From: an uncultured Alphaproteobacteria bacterium
Lineage (GTDB): Bacteria; Pseudomonadota; Alphaproteobacteria; Acetobacterales; Acetobacteraceae
NCBI GenBank assembly: GCA_963791495.1
Contig: CAWBST010000021.1
Location: forward strand, 136,515-200,514
Direction of reading: 5' to 3'
DNA: 64,000 nt
Shown here: positions 49,056 to 59,098 of the stretch, one piece after another
How positions within the stretch are numbered: the stretch's first letter is position 1
Layout of the letters: the number at the start of each line of letters is the position of its first letter
Position numbers and translations under genes: made by a program
The notes under the pieces: model-generated
Databases searched by the model: none
Seen by the model: the letters and a program-made list of their open reading frames with translations, nothing else
Told to the model about the DNA's origin: nothing

Positions 49056-49748
49056 CTAACCCCCATCCAGCAGGCCGTACTGCCGCCTGCGGGTGCCATC
49101 CGGCTCGCTGCTCACGCCGTCGGTCAAGCGGCGTCGTGCGTAGAAGTCGAAGGTGTGGGTGCTGTAGCGGAACGTGACCCGATCGACGAGTTCAGCATCA
49201 CGGGAAGCACCGAAGTGGCGTGTGATCCCCATCAGCATCGACGGATCAGCCACTAGGTCGGCATTCCAGCCGAGGACCAGCAGGCCACCCGGCTTGAGAA
49301 CGGCGGCACAGGCAGCGATTGCCGCTTCCTGAGCTTTCACATCGTCGATACCGAATCCGAAAACGCCACTCAACAGGACGGTATCGAACATCGCTGCGTG
49401 GAAATGGGTTGCCGCCTGCTCGATGGGGGCGATGACGTGACGTCCCGTGGCACCCCATCGTATCACCTCTGGATCAATGTCCAGGGTCCAGCAGGCAACG
49501 CCATGTCCCTCCAACATGATCGGGTCGTGCGCGGTGTACCGCCTGCAACCGACGAGAAGCGCGCTACCGCCACGCCGAGCGATTCGCGGCAAGATCACAC
49601 GCTGCAGAAAGACGCGGTCAGGCGACCACGGGACCTTCTGCTCCGCCAGCCAACCACCGAGCCTGTGCCGGACAGTCCCGGGTATGACGCGGCGGGCCAA
49701 CCGGCGTGTGGATGATACTCTACTCTCGGTACTTGGGTTACAACTCAC
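49056..49748 (-). CDS. Class I SAM-dependent methyltransferase
   Basis: ALLVGCRRYT (motif I-like), LDIDPE, and VLKPGGLLVLGWN. GTG start. Many A/T-ending codons at the 5' end. Confidence 0.65.
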   Translation of the reverse strand: MSCNPSTESRVSSTRRLARRVIPGTVRHRLGGWLAEQKVPWSPDRVFLQRVILPRIARRGGSALLVGCRRYTAHDPIMLEGHGVACWTLDIDPEVIRWGATGRHVIAPIEQAATHFHAAMFDTVLLSGVFGFGIDDVKAQEAAIAACAAVLKPGGLLVLGWNADLVADPSMLMGITRHFGASRDAELVDRVTFRYSTHTFDFYARRRLTDGVSSEPDGTRRRQYGLLDGG

Positions 49749-49865
49749 GTTTCACGTACCAACCATATGATCGATACGGTGGTGCCTACACGCCGGAAAT
49801 CACCACGACAACCCAGCACACTCGAATGTCATCGGCGCCCGAGGCAACCCCAGGCGCGGTACGTT

Positions 49866-50954
49866 TCACCCAGCGGAGAAGTCTATCAGCTGCCGCACGA
49901 GAGTACCCTGCTTCATCCGTGCAAAGCCTTCGTTGATCTCATTCAGCTTGATGTGGCCGGAGATCATGTGGTCAAGCTTCAGCTTGCCCTGCACGTAGAG
50001 TTCCAGCAGCCGCGGCATGTCGACACGGAACCGGTTGCCGCCCATCGATGTGCCCTGGATCTTGCGATCGCGCAGAAAGTCCGCGCCATGCAGCTCGATC
50101 TTTGTGCCAAGAGGGATCATGCCGATGATCGTCGCGGTGCCGCCTGGGCGCAGCATGGCAAACGACTGTTCCGCAGTGGTCTTGGTGCCGATCGCCTCGA
50201 ACGAATACGGCACGCCGCCACCGGTCATGTCCTTCACCATCTCCACCGGATCGGCGTTCGACGCATTGATCGTATCGGTGGCACCCATCTGCCGCGCGAC
50301 ATCCAGCTTCGACGCCACCGTGTCGATAGCGATGATGCGTGATGCGCCCGCCATCGCCGCGCCATTCACCGCGGACAACCCTATGCCGCCACAACCGATC
50401 ACCGCGACGGTGGAGCCTGGCTCCACCTTCGCCGCGTGAAACACGGCGCCGACTCCAGTCATGACGCCGCAGCCAACCAGCGCGCAGCGATCGAGCGGCA
50501 CGTCGTCGCGTACCTTCACAACCGCATGCTCGTGCACCAGCATGAATTCCGCAAAGGCAGACAGGTTCATAGCCTGGTTCAACACCTCACCCTTCCAGGT
50601 GAGACGACGCGCCGCGCCAGGAAGCAGCTTCACCTCGGTGTTCTCGCAGAGATTGGGATGACCGGTCATGCATTGCGGACATTCGCCGCAGAACACGGAG
50701 AGGCAGGTGATCACATGATCGCCCGGCTTGACGTAGGTCACGTCATCACCGACCGCCTCGATCACGCCGGCCGCCTCGTGACCCAGCACGCAAGGAGTGG
50801 GGAACGGATATAGCCCTTCGATGAAATGCAGATCAGAATGGCACAGGCCGGCATAGGCGGTGCGCACCAGGACTTCACGGCGCTTCAGTGACGCGTGCTC
50901 GACGTTCTCGATGGTGAGTGGCTGGTTCGGCTCGTGGAATACGGCTGCCCTCAT
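49866..50954 (-). CDS. Zinc-dependent alcohol dehydrogenase
   Basis: GLCHSDLH, GHEAAGVIEAVG, and CGECPQCMTG. ATG 50954 behind GGAGGA. Confidence 0.9.
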   Translation of the reverse strand: MRAAVFHEPNQPLTIENVEHASLKRREVLVRTAYAGLCHSDLHFIEGLYPFPTPCVLGHEAAGVIEAVGDDVTYVKPGDHVITCLSVFCGECPQCMTGHPNLCENTEVKLLPGAARRLTWKGEVLNQAMNLSAFAEFMLVHEHAVVKVRDDVPLDRCALVGCGVMTGVGAVFHAAKVEPGSTVAVIGCGGIGLSAVNGAAMAGASRIIAIDTVASKLDVARQMGATDTINASNADPVEMVKDMTGGGVPYSFEAIGTKTTAEQSFAMLRPGGTATIIGMIPLGTKIELHGADFLRDRKIQGTSMGGNRFRVDMPRLLELYVQGKLKLDHMISGHIKLNEINEGFARMKQGTLVRQLIDFSAG

Positions 50955-51106
50955 GGTTTCCTCCATCGCCTTATGAAGGGGACGCTAGTCCCGGGCACCG
51001 GGAAAGGAAAGGTCAGCGGACCACTGACATTGCTTCCGTAGTCAGTTGCAGCGCGCGTCACATCATTCACGTGTCATTCCTGGACGACGCGCCTCCAAAC
51101 GCGATT

Positions 51107-51502
51107 CTACAGCACCATCTGCGTCTGCGTTACCTTCGCCACCAGCCGCCCCTGCTCATTGATGATCCGCGTCTCCCATACCTGGGTGCGCCGACCGCGA
51201 TGCAGCGGCGTTGCCTCGGCGATCAGCCGCGTTCCCATCGGCGAGCCGGCGAAGAAGTTCGTCTTGCTTTCCACCGTCGTGGTCCCCTGCCCTTCGCGCA
51301 GGTTCACCACCGTACCCAGCGCACCGACCGTGTCGGCGAACGCCATGACAGCGCCACCGTGCATGATGTCGCCGGAGGTACAGAGATCCTCGCGCACCGT
51401 GAGTTCGGCAACCACGCGATCTGGTTCCGCGACCGTGACGGTGATACCCATCCAACGCGGCAGCGGCGGCAATTCCCGTTGCAGGCGAGCGACCAGTTCC
51501 AT
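51107..51502 (-). CDS. PaaI-family hotdog-fold thioesterase
   Basis: 131 aa from the internal ATG. GDIMHGGAVMAFADTVGALG...TVESKTNFF. Confidence 0.8.
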   Translation of the reverse strand: MELVARLQRELPPLPRWMGITVTVAEPDRVVAELTVREDLCTSGDIMHGGAVMAFADTVGALGTVVNLREGQGTTTVESKTNFFAGSPMGTRLIAEATPLHRGRRTQVWETRIINEQGRLVAKVTQTQMVL

Positions 51503-51574
51503 GTGCGTTCCCCTCTCTTGCGGCCGGCGCCGGCCTCGGCCAATACCGGCCGAACGCCGAAGGAACCGAATGCC

Positions 51575-52793
51575 ATGACCCGTCAGGCCGAGTCGATTAT
51601 CCATGAAGTCATGGAAAGCGAGGCATACGGCCGGGCTGTCGCCACCCTGACTGCCGAACACGACCGGACGGTGGAAGACATCGTCACGTTGACCCAGATT
51701 GCCGCACCGTCGTTCCAGGAGGAGACCCGCGCCCGCGCCTTTCTCGCGATGGCCAAGGCGCACGGTCTGAAGGACTTGGAGATCGACGGCGAGGGCAACG
51801 TCACGGGCCGGCGCCCTGGAGTGGGGAATGGCCCACTTATCTGCATCGCTGCCCACCTCGACACGGTGTTCCCCGCCGGCACCGACCTGACCGTGCGGCG
51901 CGAGGGCACGCGGCTCTACGCGCCCGGCGTCGGCGACGATACGCGTTCGCTGGCGGTGCTGCTGGCCTGGCTGCGCGCGATGGATGCAGCCGATGTGCGC
52001 ACCCGCGCCGATCTGCTGTTCGTCGCCGATGTCGGCGAGGAAGGGCCAGGCGACCTGCGCGGCATGCGGCACCTGTTCGGGAAAGGCCCGATACAAGGAC
52101 CGCATCAGCGCCTTCATCACGGTGGACAGCCCGGACATGAGCCACATCGCAACTGGCGGGGTCGGCTCCAAGCGCTATCGCGTGACCTTCAAGGGCCCCG
52201 GCGGCCACAGCTACGGTGCGTTCGGACTGGTGAACCCGATGTTCGCCATGGCGGACACGATCGCCCGGCTCGGCCGCATCACGGTGCCGGCCAGCCCGAA
52301 GACCACCTACAGCGCGTCCGTCACCGGCGGCGGCACGTCGATCAACTCGATCCCCAACAGCGTGTGGACGGACTTCGACCTGCGATCGGAATCGCCTGCC
52401 GAACTGGCCCGGCTGGAGGCAACCTTCCTCGATCTGGTGGCAAGGTCGGTCGCCGCGGAGAATGCGACGCGCTCGACCCGGAACGGCCCGGTATCGACGG
52501 AAATGGTGAAGATCGGCGACCGGCCAGCGGGCCGCACCGACGAGCGCAGCGAACTGGTCCGCATCGCGCACGCGGCGATCAGCGCGCACGGGTTTCAGCC
52601 CAAATTCGAAACCTCCTCGACCGACGCGAACATTCCGATGAGCCTCGGCATCCCCGCGATCAAGATAGGCTCCGGCGGCACGGGTGGACGTGCCCACTCG
52701 CTTGAGGAATGGATCGACGTGGCGCCGGAGCCGTCCATCCGCGGCATGGCCGCCGGCCTCGCAACCGTGCTGGCAGTCGCGGGGATCGTCTGA
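51575..52793 (+). pseudogene. M20-family peptidase with a +1 frameshift at about 52085-52089
   Basis: N-half in the frame of ORF 50918..52705 (IAAHLDTVFP, GVGDDTRS, VGEEGPGDLRGMRHLF). C-half in ORF 51984..52793 (RYKDRISAFITVDS...GGTSINSIPN...HSLEEWI). Removing one base of GGCCC joins them. Confidence 0.8.
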
Positions 52794-53004
52794 CCTGCGG
52801 CGCTGGCACTGGCTGCTCCGACAAATCGGCAGAGGGCTGCGCATTCTACTCGGCATCCTCCTTATAGTCGGCGGCCTGTTCGGTTTCCTGCCGATCGTGG
52901 GGTTCTGGATGTTGCCGCTCGGGGCGATCGTGTTGGCGAGGGAGGTGCCGGCAGTGGCGAGGCTGCTCGAACGTGTGCGGCGCCGCTGGCGGCGTGATCC
53001 GTGA
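52684..53004 (+). CDS. Small two-TM membrane protein (PGPGW-like), start uncertain
   Basis: LRILLGILLIVGGLFGFLPIVGFWMLPLGAIVLA. The only ATG (52684) lies 110 nt inside the M20 gene. GTGA overlap with the permease start. Confidence 0.35.
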   Translation: MDVPTRLRNGSTWRRSRPSAAWPPASQPCWQSRGSSDLRRWHWLLRQIGRGLRILLGILLIVGGLFGFLPIVGFWMLPLGAIVLAREVPAVARLLERVRRRWRRDP

Positions 53005-54182
53005 ACCTCCCCCAGCCGGCCCTCCGACGCGTCCTGACGTTCTGGCCGCTGTTATTCTACGGCCTCGGCGTCATCGTCGGCGCCGGTATATACGTTGCCA
53101 TAGGCACAGTGATCGCACGTGCAGGCGATGCGGCGCCGGTCGCCTTCCTGATCGCCGGCATCACCGCTGCCATGACCGGGTTGTGCTACGCCGAACTCGC
53201 CAGCCGCTTCCCTGAAGCCTCCGGCTCGGTCGCCTATGTGAGGCACGGCTTCGGCTCCCAAGCCTTGGCCGGCCTCACCGGCCTCCTTGTAACCACAACC
53301 GTTGCGATCTCCGCCGCGTCGATCGCACGGGGTTCGATCAGCTATCTCGCCATCCTGCTGCCCTGGCCCCCGGAGGTCCTGCTGCCGTTGCTGATCGTCG
53401 GGTGCGCCGCCATAGCAGCCTATGGCGTCGGCGAGAGCGTCGGGATTGCGGCAGCGATCGGCATCCTGGAAATCGGCGGACTGATCGTGGCAACCATCGC
53501 TGGGGTGATCGCGGCACCCGAACTGCATTTCCGCGCAATGCTGCCTGTCGACCTCGCTGGCTGGAGCGGGACCATGGCTGGCGCCTTCATCGCGTTCTTT
53601 GCGTTCATCGGCTTTGAGACTCTGGCCAACCTGGCAGAGGAGGCGAAGGACCCGCATCGTACGATACCGCGCGGGATTGTCGGCGCCATCGCAGCCAGCA
53701 TCGTGCTTTACGTTATGGTGGCGATCGCTGCCGTGCTCAGTGACAGCGGCGCGGACAGGCCCTTGCTCGACATCTTTGCCGGCGTGGGAGTCTGGCTGTT
53801 CGCGTGCGTCGGTTTCCTGGCCGTGGGCAACGGCACACTGGTCCAGGTCGTGATGCTTGCGCGGCTGTTCTATGGCATGGCCCGCAACGGACAACTGCCG
53901 GTGCTGTTCGCGCGCGTAAGCCCGCGCACCGGCACACCGCTATGGGCGACGGCGCTTGCCGGATGCATCGTGACAGGTGCGGCTGTCGTCGTCTCGTTCG
54001 AGCAGCTGTTGGTACTGACCAACGCACTGACGCTTGCCATCTTCGTATTGGTGGACCTTGCACTGTGGCGCGTGCAGCGCACGTATGCATCCGCCGCACC
54101 GGGATTTGCCGCACCGCGCTGGGTCCCGCCGGTTGCGGCGATCCTTGCCGCCGGCCTGATGCTGGCCGAACTGGCGAGTTAG
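53001..54182 (+). CDS. APC-superfamily amino-acid permease
   Basis: 393 aa, about 11 hydrophobic spans. GLGVIVGAGIYVAIG and AELASRFPEASGSVAY motifs. Confidence 0.8.
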   Translation: MNLPQPALRRVLTFWPLLFYGLGVIVGAGIYVAIGTVIARAGDAAPVAFLIAGITAAMTGLCYAELASRFPEASGSVAYVRHGFGSQALAGLTGLLVTTTVAISAASIARGSISYLAILLPWPPEVLLPLLIVGCAAIAAYGVGESVGIAAAIGILEIGGLIVATIAGVIAAPELHFRAMLPVDLAGWSGTMAGAFIAFFAFIGFETLANLAEEAKDPHRTIPRGIVGAIAASIVLYVMVAIAAVLSDSGADRPLLDIFAGVGVWLFACVGFLAVGNGTLVQVVMLARLFYGMARNGQLPVLFARVSPRTGTPLWATALAGCIVTGAAVVVSFEQLLVLTNALTLAIFVLVDLALWRVQRTYASAAPGFAAPRWVPPVAAILAAGLMLAELAS

Positions 54183-55405
54183 AATCGCGCCACTTCTTCC
54201 AATGCGCCGCGCAATGCATCGGACGCGCGGTACAGTGGCACATGTCCACGCAGCAGGATCTGTGTGCTGCGCCGATACGCTGCCTTTCGCACGTCCAGCC
54301 CGGATGGCGCCAGGCGTGCCTCTATGGTCGCTTCCAACACGCCGGCCGGGTTCTCTATCCCGACATCGACCTCGCCGAACGAGGCACCCACGGATGGCAG
54401 TCCGGCTGCGATCCCGTGTGCCACCGAGCCAGGGATCAGCGCCGCCGCGGCCAGGCAGCAGCCTCCGGACACCGCCATGGAACGATGCGCGGTCTGTGGC
54501 GTGAAGTAGCGGACCGCGATGTGGCCCGCGCCCTGCGCCGGTCCAACGATACATACTTTCGGGATCGTCTCGCTCTGTGCCAGTTCGCCGGCTGTCATCG
54601 CCCGCCCGCCCGCGCCCTTCAGCGCCATGCGCAGACCGGCCTCGACCCACACCGTGCGCAGCGCCGACATGAAGTCGCGATCGGCCTCCAGTTCCTCGAT
54701 CTTCTCGTGCGCGGTCTTGCCGAAATCAGCCGCGCGCGCGATCACCATCGGCACCGCCACGTCAACGCACGAGACCGGGTAGCCGGCCACATCGTCCATC
54801 GGCTGTCCGGTCGGCAGCAGACGTCCGGTCTTGGCGCCCACCGGATTGGCAAGGAACAGATCGACGCCGGGGAACGCGCCGTCCACACCAGGAATCTCGG
54901 CCGCAATGAAGCGTCCGTCAGTGCCGACCCGCATACGCGACCCAGCGGTGACGCCGGTGTTGGTGTTGAAGATGTCGATCTCGAACGCGTTGCCGGCACC
55001 GGCCGGCTCCACCTGCCCGGTATCCAGTGCCCAGAGCGGCAGAGCGGCGGTCATGTTGCCGCAGTTCACGCTCCAATCGATTGCCGCCTTGTTGGCAGCG
55101 AGCTGCGCAAATGTGCTGACGATGCGACGCTGGTTTCCATCCTCCTCAAGCCGGGCAAAGAACACCTTGTTGCCGGTCGGGACGATCCGTCCCAGTCCGG
55201 TGATCTGCTTGTTGCCCGCCCGCGTGCCTTCCAGCGGCAAGCCCATCAGATGGCGCAGCAGTTCTTCGCGCATGGACTGCGCGCGGGGCGCCCAATGTTC
55301 CGAGATCACCAGCCCGGTCGATGTGCCGCCGCGCACATGGTGCACCGGGAACTCGATGCACCCGTCGCGCAACAGAGGTGGCGGATCGAGGGAAGCTGTC
55401 TGCAT
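54179..55405 (-). CDS. PrpF-family isomerase (2-methylaconitate isomerase / 4-oxalomesaconate tautomerase-like)
   Basis: 408 aa. VHHVRGGTSTGLVI, NCGNMTAA, and MAVSGGCCLAAAA motifs. Confidence 0.8.
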   Translation of the reverse strand: MQTASLDPPPLLRDGCIEFPVHHVRGGTSTGLVISEHWAPRAQSMREELLRHLMGLPLEGTRAGNKQITGLGRIVPTGNKVFFARLEEDGNQRRIVSTFAQLAANKAAIDWSVNCGNMTAALPLWALDTGQVEPAGAGNAFEIDIFNTNTGVTAGSRMRVGTDGRFIAAEIPGVDGAFPGVDLFLANPVGAKTGRLLPTGQPMDDVAGYPVSCVDVAVPMVIARAADFGKTAHEKIEELEADRDFMSALRTVWVEAGLRMALKGAGGRAMTAGELAQSETIPKVCIVGPAQGAGHIAVRYFTPQTAHRSMAVSGGCCLAAAALIPGSVAHGIAAGLPSVGASFGEVDVGIENPAGVLEATIEARLAPSGLDVRKAAYRRSTQILLRGHVPLYRASDALRGALEEVARF

Positions 55406-55498
55406 GGGTCGACCCCGATTGTTCCGAAGGGTCAGCTACCGCGCCGCCGCGGCGAAGTCCATTCCGGTGCGTTGTCACGAACGGCCATCGGTGGTCCG

Positions 55499-57289
55499 AT
55501 GCTGGCCATGTCCCGCCCCGATCCGATCACCGAAGAGCTGTTCCGCAACGCCATCGCCGCACTCGGCGACGAGATGGTGCTGACCATCTACCGCACCGCC
55601 TATTCAGGGGTGCTGAAGAACATCATGGACTACAGTGCTGCGCTGTGCGACGCGCAAGGTCGGTTGGCGGCGCAGGGCCTCGCCCTGCCCGGCCATCTCT
55701 GCTCCATACCGGTCGCACTGCAGGCAGTGCTGCGTCACTTCGGCGAAGACATCGCCGAGGGCGACATCCTGATCAACAACGACCCTTACGACGGCGGCAT
55801 GCATCTGCCGGACATCTTCATCTTCAAGCCGCTATTCGCCCAAGGGCAGCAAGACGGCAGGCCGATCGCCTATGCCGCGACGATCTGCCACCACACCGAT
55901 GTCGGCGGACGCGTGCCAGGCTCCAACGCGTCGGACAGCACCGAGATCTATGCCGAAGGCTTGCGCATCCCGCCGCTGAAACTCTACGAGCGCGGCCAAC
56001 CGAACACGACGCTGTTCCGCATGATCGACCGCAACGTGCGAGTGCCTGGACGCGTGCTAGGAGACATCCGTAGCCAGCTCGCCGCCTGCGAGATCGCCGC
56101 GCGCGGCATGGCCGATCTGGTGGAGCGCTACGGCGCCGATGGTGTCACCTCGCTGATGAATGCCACGATGGATTATTCCGAGCGATTGACACGGCATTGT
56201 CTGTCCGAACTGCCCGACGGCGAGGCGACGTTCACCGACTGGATCGACGACGATCAGATCGATATCGGCAAGCCGATCCCGCTGGTCTGCACGGTGCGCA
56301 AGCGTGGCGATGCGATGGAGGTCGACTGGACCGGCAGCGCCCCGCAGGTGAAGGGCGCGATCAACAACACCTGGAGCTACACCGCAGCGATGAGCTTCAC
56401 CGCGGTGAAGTCGGTGCTGTCCATCAACATGCCGAACAACGACGGCGTGTTCCGCCCCATCAAGGTGATCGCACCGCTTGGCACGATCACGCACGGCAAG
56501 CTGCCGGCCGCCTGTGCGGCTCGGGGACTGACTGGCTTTCGCGGCGTCGACTGCTGTTTCGGCGCTTTGGCGCAACTGTATCCGGATCGCGTTTACGCTG
56601 CGTCCGACGGCGGCAACACGGGCGTCACGATCGGCGGCTACGATACGACGCTGCGGCCATTCATCTACGTCGATTTTCTGTCCGGCTGCTGGGGCGCGCG
56701 GCCGTGGGCCGATGGGTTGGACGGCAACACGTCGATGTTCGCCAACATGGCCAGTTTTTCTGTGGAAGTGATCGAGGCGGAAAATCCGCTCGAAGTGCTG
56801 GACTACGAATTTGTCCCCGACACCGGCGGCGCGGGAAAGTTCCGCGGCGGCATGTCGCAGCGCAAGACATGGCGGATGCTGGCTGACGAGGGAATTCTGC
56901 AGGTGCGCGCCGATCGGCAGACACATCGGCCCTACGGACTGCAAGGCGGCGGGCCCGGCGCGGCGGGCCGCAACGTGCTCGACCCAGGATTACCGTCCGA
57001 AGAGAAGTTGCATGCGAAACTGACCATGACGCTGCGCAAGGGCAAGGTGTTTCGTCACGAACTGCCTGGCGCCGGCGGCTGGGGTGAAGCGCTGGAGCGG
57101 GACCTGGCGCTGGTGGCCAAGGATTTGCGCGATGGGCTGGTGACGATCGAGGGTGCGGCACGCGACTACGGCGTGGTGGCGCGCGGCGACCCGCCTGATA
57201 TCGATGCGACGGCTACCGAGGCATTGCGGGCGGAACTCAGGCGCAGGCGTGGCAGACTGCCGAACGTGGCTTGGGAGGCAGCGGGATAG
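55499..57289 (+). CDS. Hydantoinase B/oxoprolinase (HyuB) family protein
   Basis: DPITEELFRNAIAALGDEMVLTIYRTAYSGVLKNIMDYSAALCD and NDPYDGGMHLPD. The 5' 1.7 kb of ORF 53804..57289 is an artefact. Confidence 0.85.
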   Translation: MLAMSRPDPITEELFRNAIAALGDEMVLTIYRTAYSGVLKNIMDYSAALCDAQGRLAAQGLALPGHLCSIPVALQAVLRHFGEDIAEGDILINNDPYDGGMHLPDIFIFKPLFAQGQQDGRPIAYAATICHHTDVGGRVPGSNASDSTEIYAEGLRIPPLKLYERGQPNTTLFRMIDRNVRVPGRVLGDIRSQLAACEIAARGMADLVERYGADGVTSLMNATMDYSERLTRHCLSELPDGEATFTDWIDDDQIDIGKPIPLVCTVRKRGDAMEVDWTGSAPQVKGAINNTWSYTAAMSFTAVKSVLSINMPNNDGVFRPIKVIAPLGTITHGKLPAACAARGLTGFRGVDCCFGALAQLYPDRVYAASDGGNTGVTIGGYDTTLRPFIYVDFLSGCWGARPWADGLDGNTSMFANMASFSVEVIEAENPLEVLDYEFVPDTGGAGKFRGGMSQRKTWRMLADEGILQVRADRQTHRPYGLQGGGPGAAGRNVLDPGLPSEEKLHAKLTMTLRKGKVFRHELPGAGGWGEALERDLALVAKDLRDGLVTIEGAARDYGVVARGDPPDIDATATEALRAELRRRRGRLPNVAWEAAG

Positions 57290-57293
57290 GCAG

Positions 57294-57704
57294 TCATGCC
57301 GACAGCACCCGCGCGATCTCCCCGATCAGCAGTTGGTTGTCGACCGGCTTCTGCAAGACCGGTCCCAGCGCCTCACGGTCGACGCCGGGAATGTCGTATC
57401 CGGTGATGTAGACCACCTTAAGGTCGCGCCGGCGCAGCCGCGCCATCCGCGATAATGCAATGCCGTTGACGCCGTCCGGCATCACGATGTCCACCAGCAT
57501 GAGATCCAACGGCTGTTCTGCTTCAAGAATTCCCAGCGCTGTCTGGAAATCGGTCGCCAACGTGGCGTCGTAGCCCTCCCGGTCCAGCACTTGACACAGC
57601 GCTTCACCGAAGGTCCGGTCATCCTCGACCACGAGGATTCGGCGTTTGCCAGCGTCGGCCCCTGGGAATGTAGACGCGCTCATGGAATACGCAGAACCCA
57701 TCAC
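57294..57704 (-). CDS. Single-domain response regulator (REC only)
   Basis: RILVVEDDRTFGEAL...DLMLVDIVMPDGVNG...KVVYITGY. Confidence 0.85.
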   Translation of the reverse strand: MMGSAYSMSASTFPGADAGKRRILVVEDDRTFGEALCQVLDREGYDATLATDFQTALGILEAEQPLDLMLVDIVMPDGVNGIALSRMARLRRRDLKVVYITGYDIPGVDREALGPVLQKPVDNQLLIGEIARVLSA

Positions 57705-57831
57705 GTTTCCGAGCGCCTATCCTTATGGTCGCAAGCGAGACGGCGCAAGAGCGGCGCTCCATTTACTTTCAGCGCGCTCCGCCGCACGGTCCGCCGCACT
57801 ATTGCCACAGCTTTCCACACCAGGATGATGA

Positions 57832-58704
57832 ATGAGCGGCCATCGGAGTATCATTCCGTCACTGATCACCCGGCACCACCAACGGTTGTTGACCGCGTGG
57901 CTTGCCAACCTGAGACGTGATGTGCGGATCAGCGATCCCCGTCGGGCGGCCGAAACCGACGAGCTGGCGCGGCGGTTCCTGGACGAATTCAGCCGCGGTG
58001 AGGCGGTCGCACAATTCGATGATATCCAGGCCGCGGAGTGGCGGCCGATGCGCGAACTGCTGGAGGATCTCTCGCGCGACCGCGCGGTGCAGGGCCACAG
58101 CGCGGGCGAGACGGCGATCTTCGTCCTCTCGCTGAAGGAACCGCTGTTCGCGCTCCTGCGTGAGGATCTCGGTGCCGACGCTGACCGGCTCGCCAACGAG
58201 ACCTTGATTGCCGATCGTCTGATCGACCGGCTGAGCCTCTATACCGTCGAGTGCTACGCGCGGGCCCGTGAAGAGGTGATTTCCCGCCAGCAGCAGGAAC
58301 TGCTGGAGCTTTCGACCCCGGTGGTGCAATTGTGGGAGGGAATTCTTGCCCTGCCATTGATCGGCACGCTCGACAGTGCGCGCACGCAGATCGTCATGGA
58401 AAGCCTGCTGCAGCGCATCGTCACCTCGGGGGCGGAAATCGCCATCATCGACATCACCGGTGTGCCGACGGTCGATACGCTGGTCGCGCAGCACCTGATC
58501 AAGACCATCTCGGCCGCGCGACTGATGGGCGCCGACTGCATCCTGAGTGGGATCCGTCCGCAGATCGCCCAGACCATCGTGCATCTGGGCCTGGAGCTGA
58601 ACGTGGTGTCCAAGGCGACCATGGCGGACGCGCTCGCGCTGGCGCTGCGCCGCTCCGGCAAGGTGATCACGGACCGGAAGCGGCCTGTCGCACCGGAAGC
58701 ATAG
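57832..58704 (+). CDS. rsbR: RsbR-like stressosome sensor (N-terminal RsbRD_N-type domain + STAS)
   Basis: 290 aa. C-terminal LSTPVVQLWEGILALPLIGTLDSARTQ...IIDITGVPTVDT STAS pattern. Helical N-terminal 160 aa. Confidence 0.8.
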   Translation: MSGHRSIIPSLITRHHQRLLTAWLANLRRDVRISDPRRAAETDELARRFLDEFSRGEAVAQFDDIQAAEWRPMRELLEDLSRDRAVQGHSAGETAIFVLSLKEPLFALLREDLGADADRLANETLIADRLIDRLSLYTVECYARAREEVISRQQQELLELSTPVVQLWEGILALPLIGTLDSARTQIVMESLLQRIVTSGAEIAIIDITGVPTVDTLVAQHLIKTISAARLMGADCILSGIRPQIAQTIVHLGLELNVVSKATMADALALALRRSGKVITDRKRPVAPEA

Positions 58705-58708
58705 CTGC

Positions 58709-59098
58709 ATGGCCGACATCCCCATCCTCCGGATCGGCGATTGCCTGCTGGTGTCGATCCAGGTCGATATGCACGATCGGCTGGCGTTGGCGCTGCAGGA
58801 CGATTTGACCGAGCGCATTGTGGCCGACCACGCTCGCGGCGTGATGATCGACATCTCGGCCCTCGAGATCGTCGATTCATTCATCGGCCGCATGCTGAAC
58901 AACATCGCGGCTATGTCGCGCGTGCTCGACGCGGTCACTGTCGTTGTCGGCATGCGGCCGGCAGTGGCGATCACGCTGGTGGAGCTTGGCCTCGGCCTCA
59001 CCGGCGTGCGCACCGCGCTGAACGTGGACAAGGGGCTCGCCCTGATACGACGCATCATCGACAGCCCCGAGCGCGACGATGCAGACCGAGTTCGATGA
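58709..59098 (+). CDS. rsbS: RsbS-like STAS-domain protein
   Basis: IPILRIGDCLLVSIQVD...VMIDISALEIVDSFIGRML, with the conserved Ser in VDS. Confidence 0.8.
   Translation: MADIPILRIGDCLLVSIQVDMHDRLALALQDDLTERIVADHARGVMIDISALEIVDSFIGRMLNNIAAMSRVLDAVTVVVGMRPAVAITLVELGLGLTGVRTALNVDKGLALIRRIIDSPERDDADRVR

Noticed and set aside
53804-55498. 5' 565 codons of the 1161-aa ORF that ends as HyuB
   Set aside because: Overlaps the permease and is antisense to PrpF. The sequence is Arg/Gly junk. The HyuB homology begins at the ATG at 55499.
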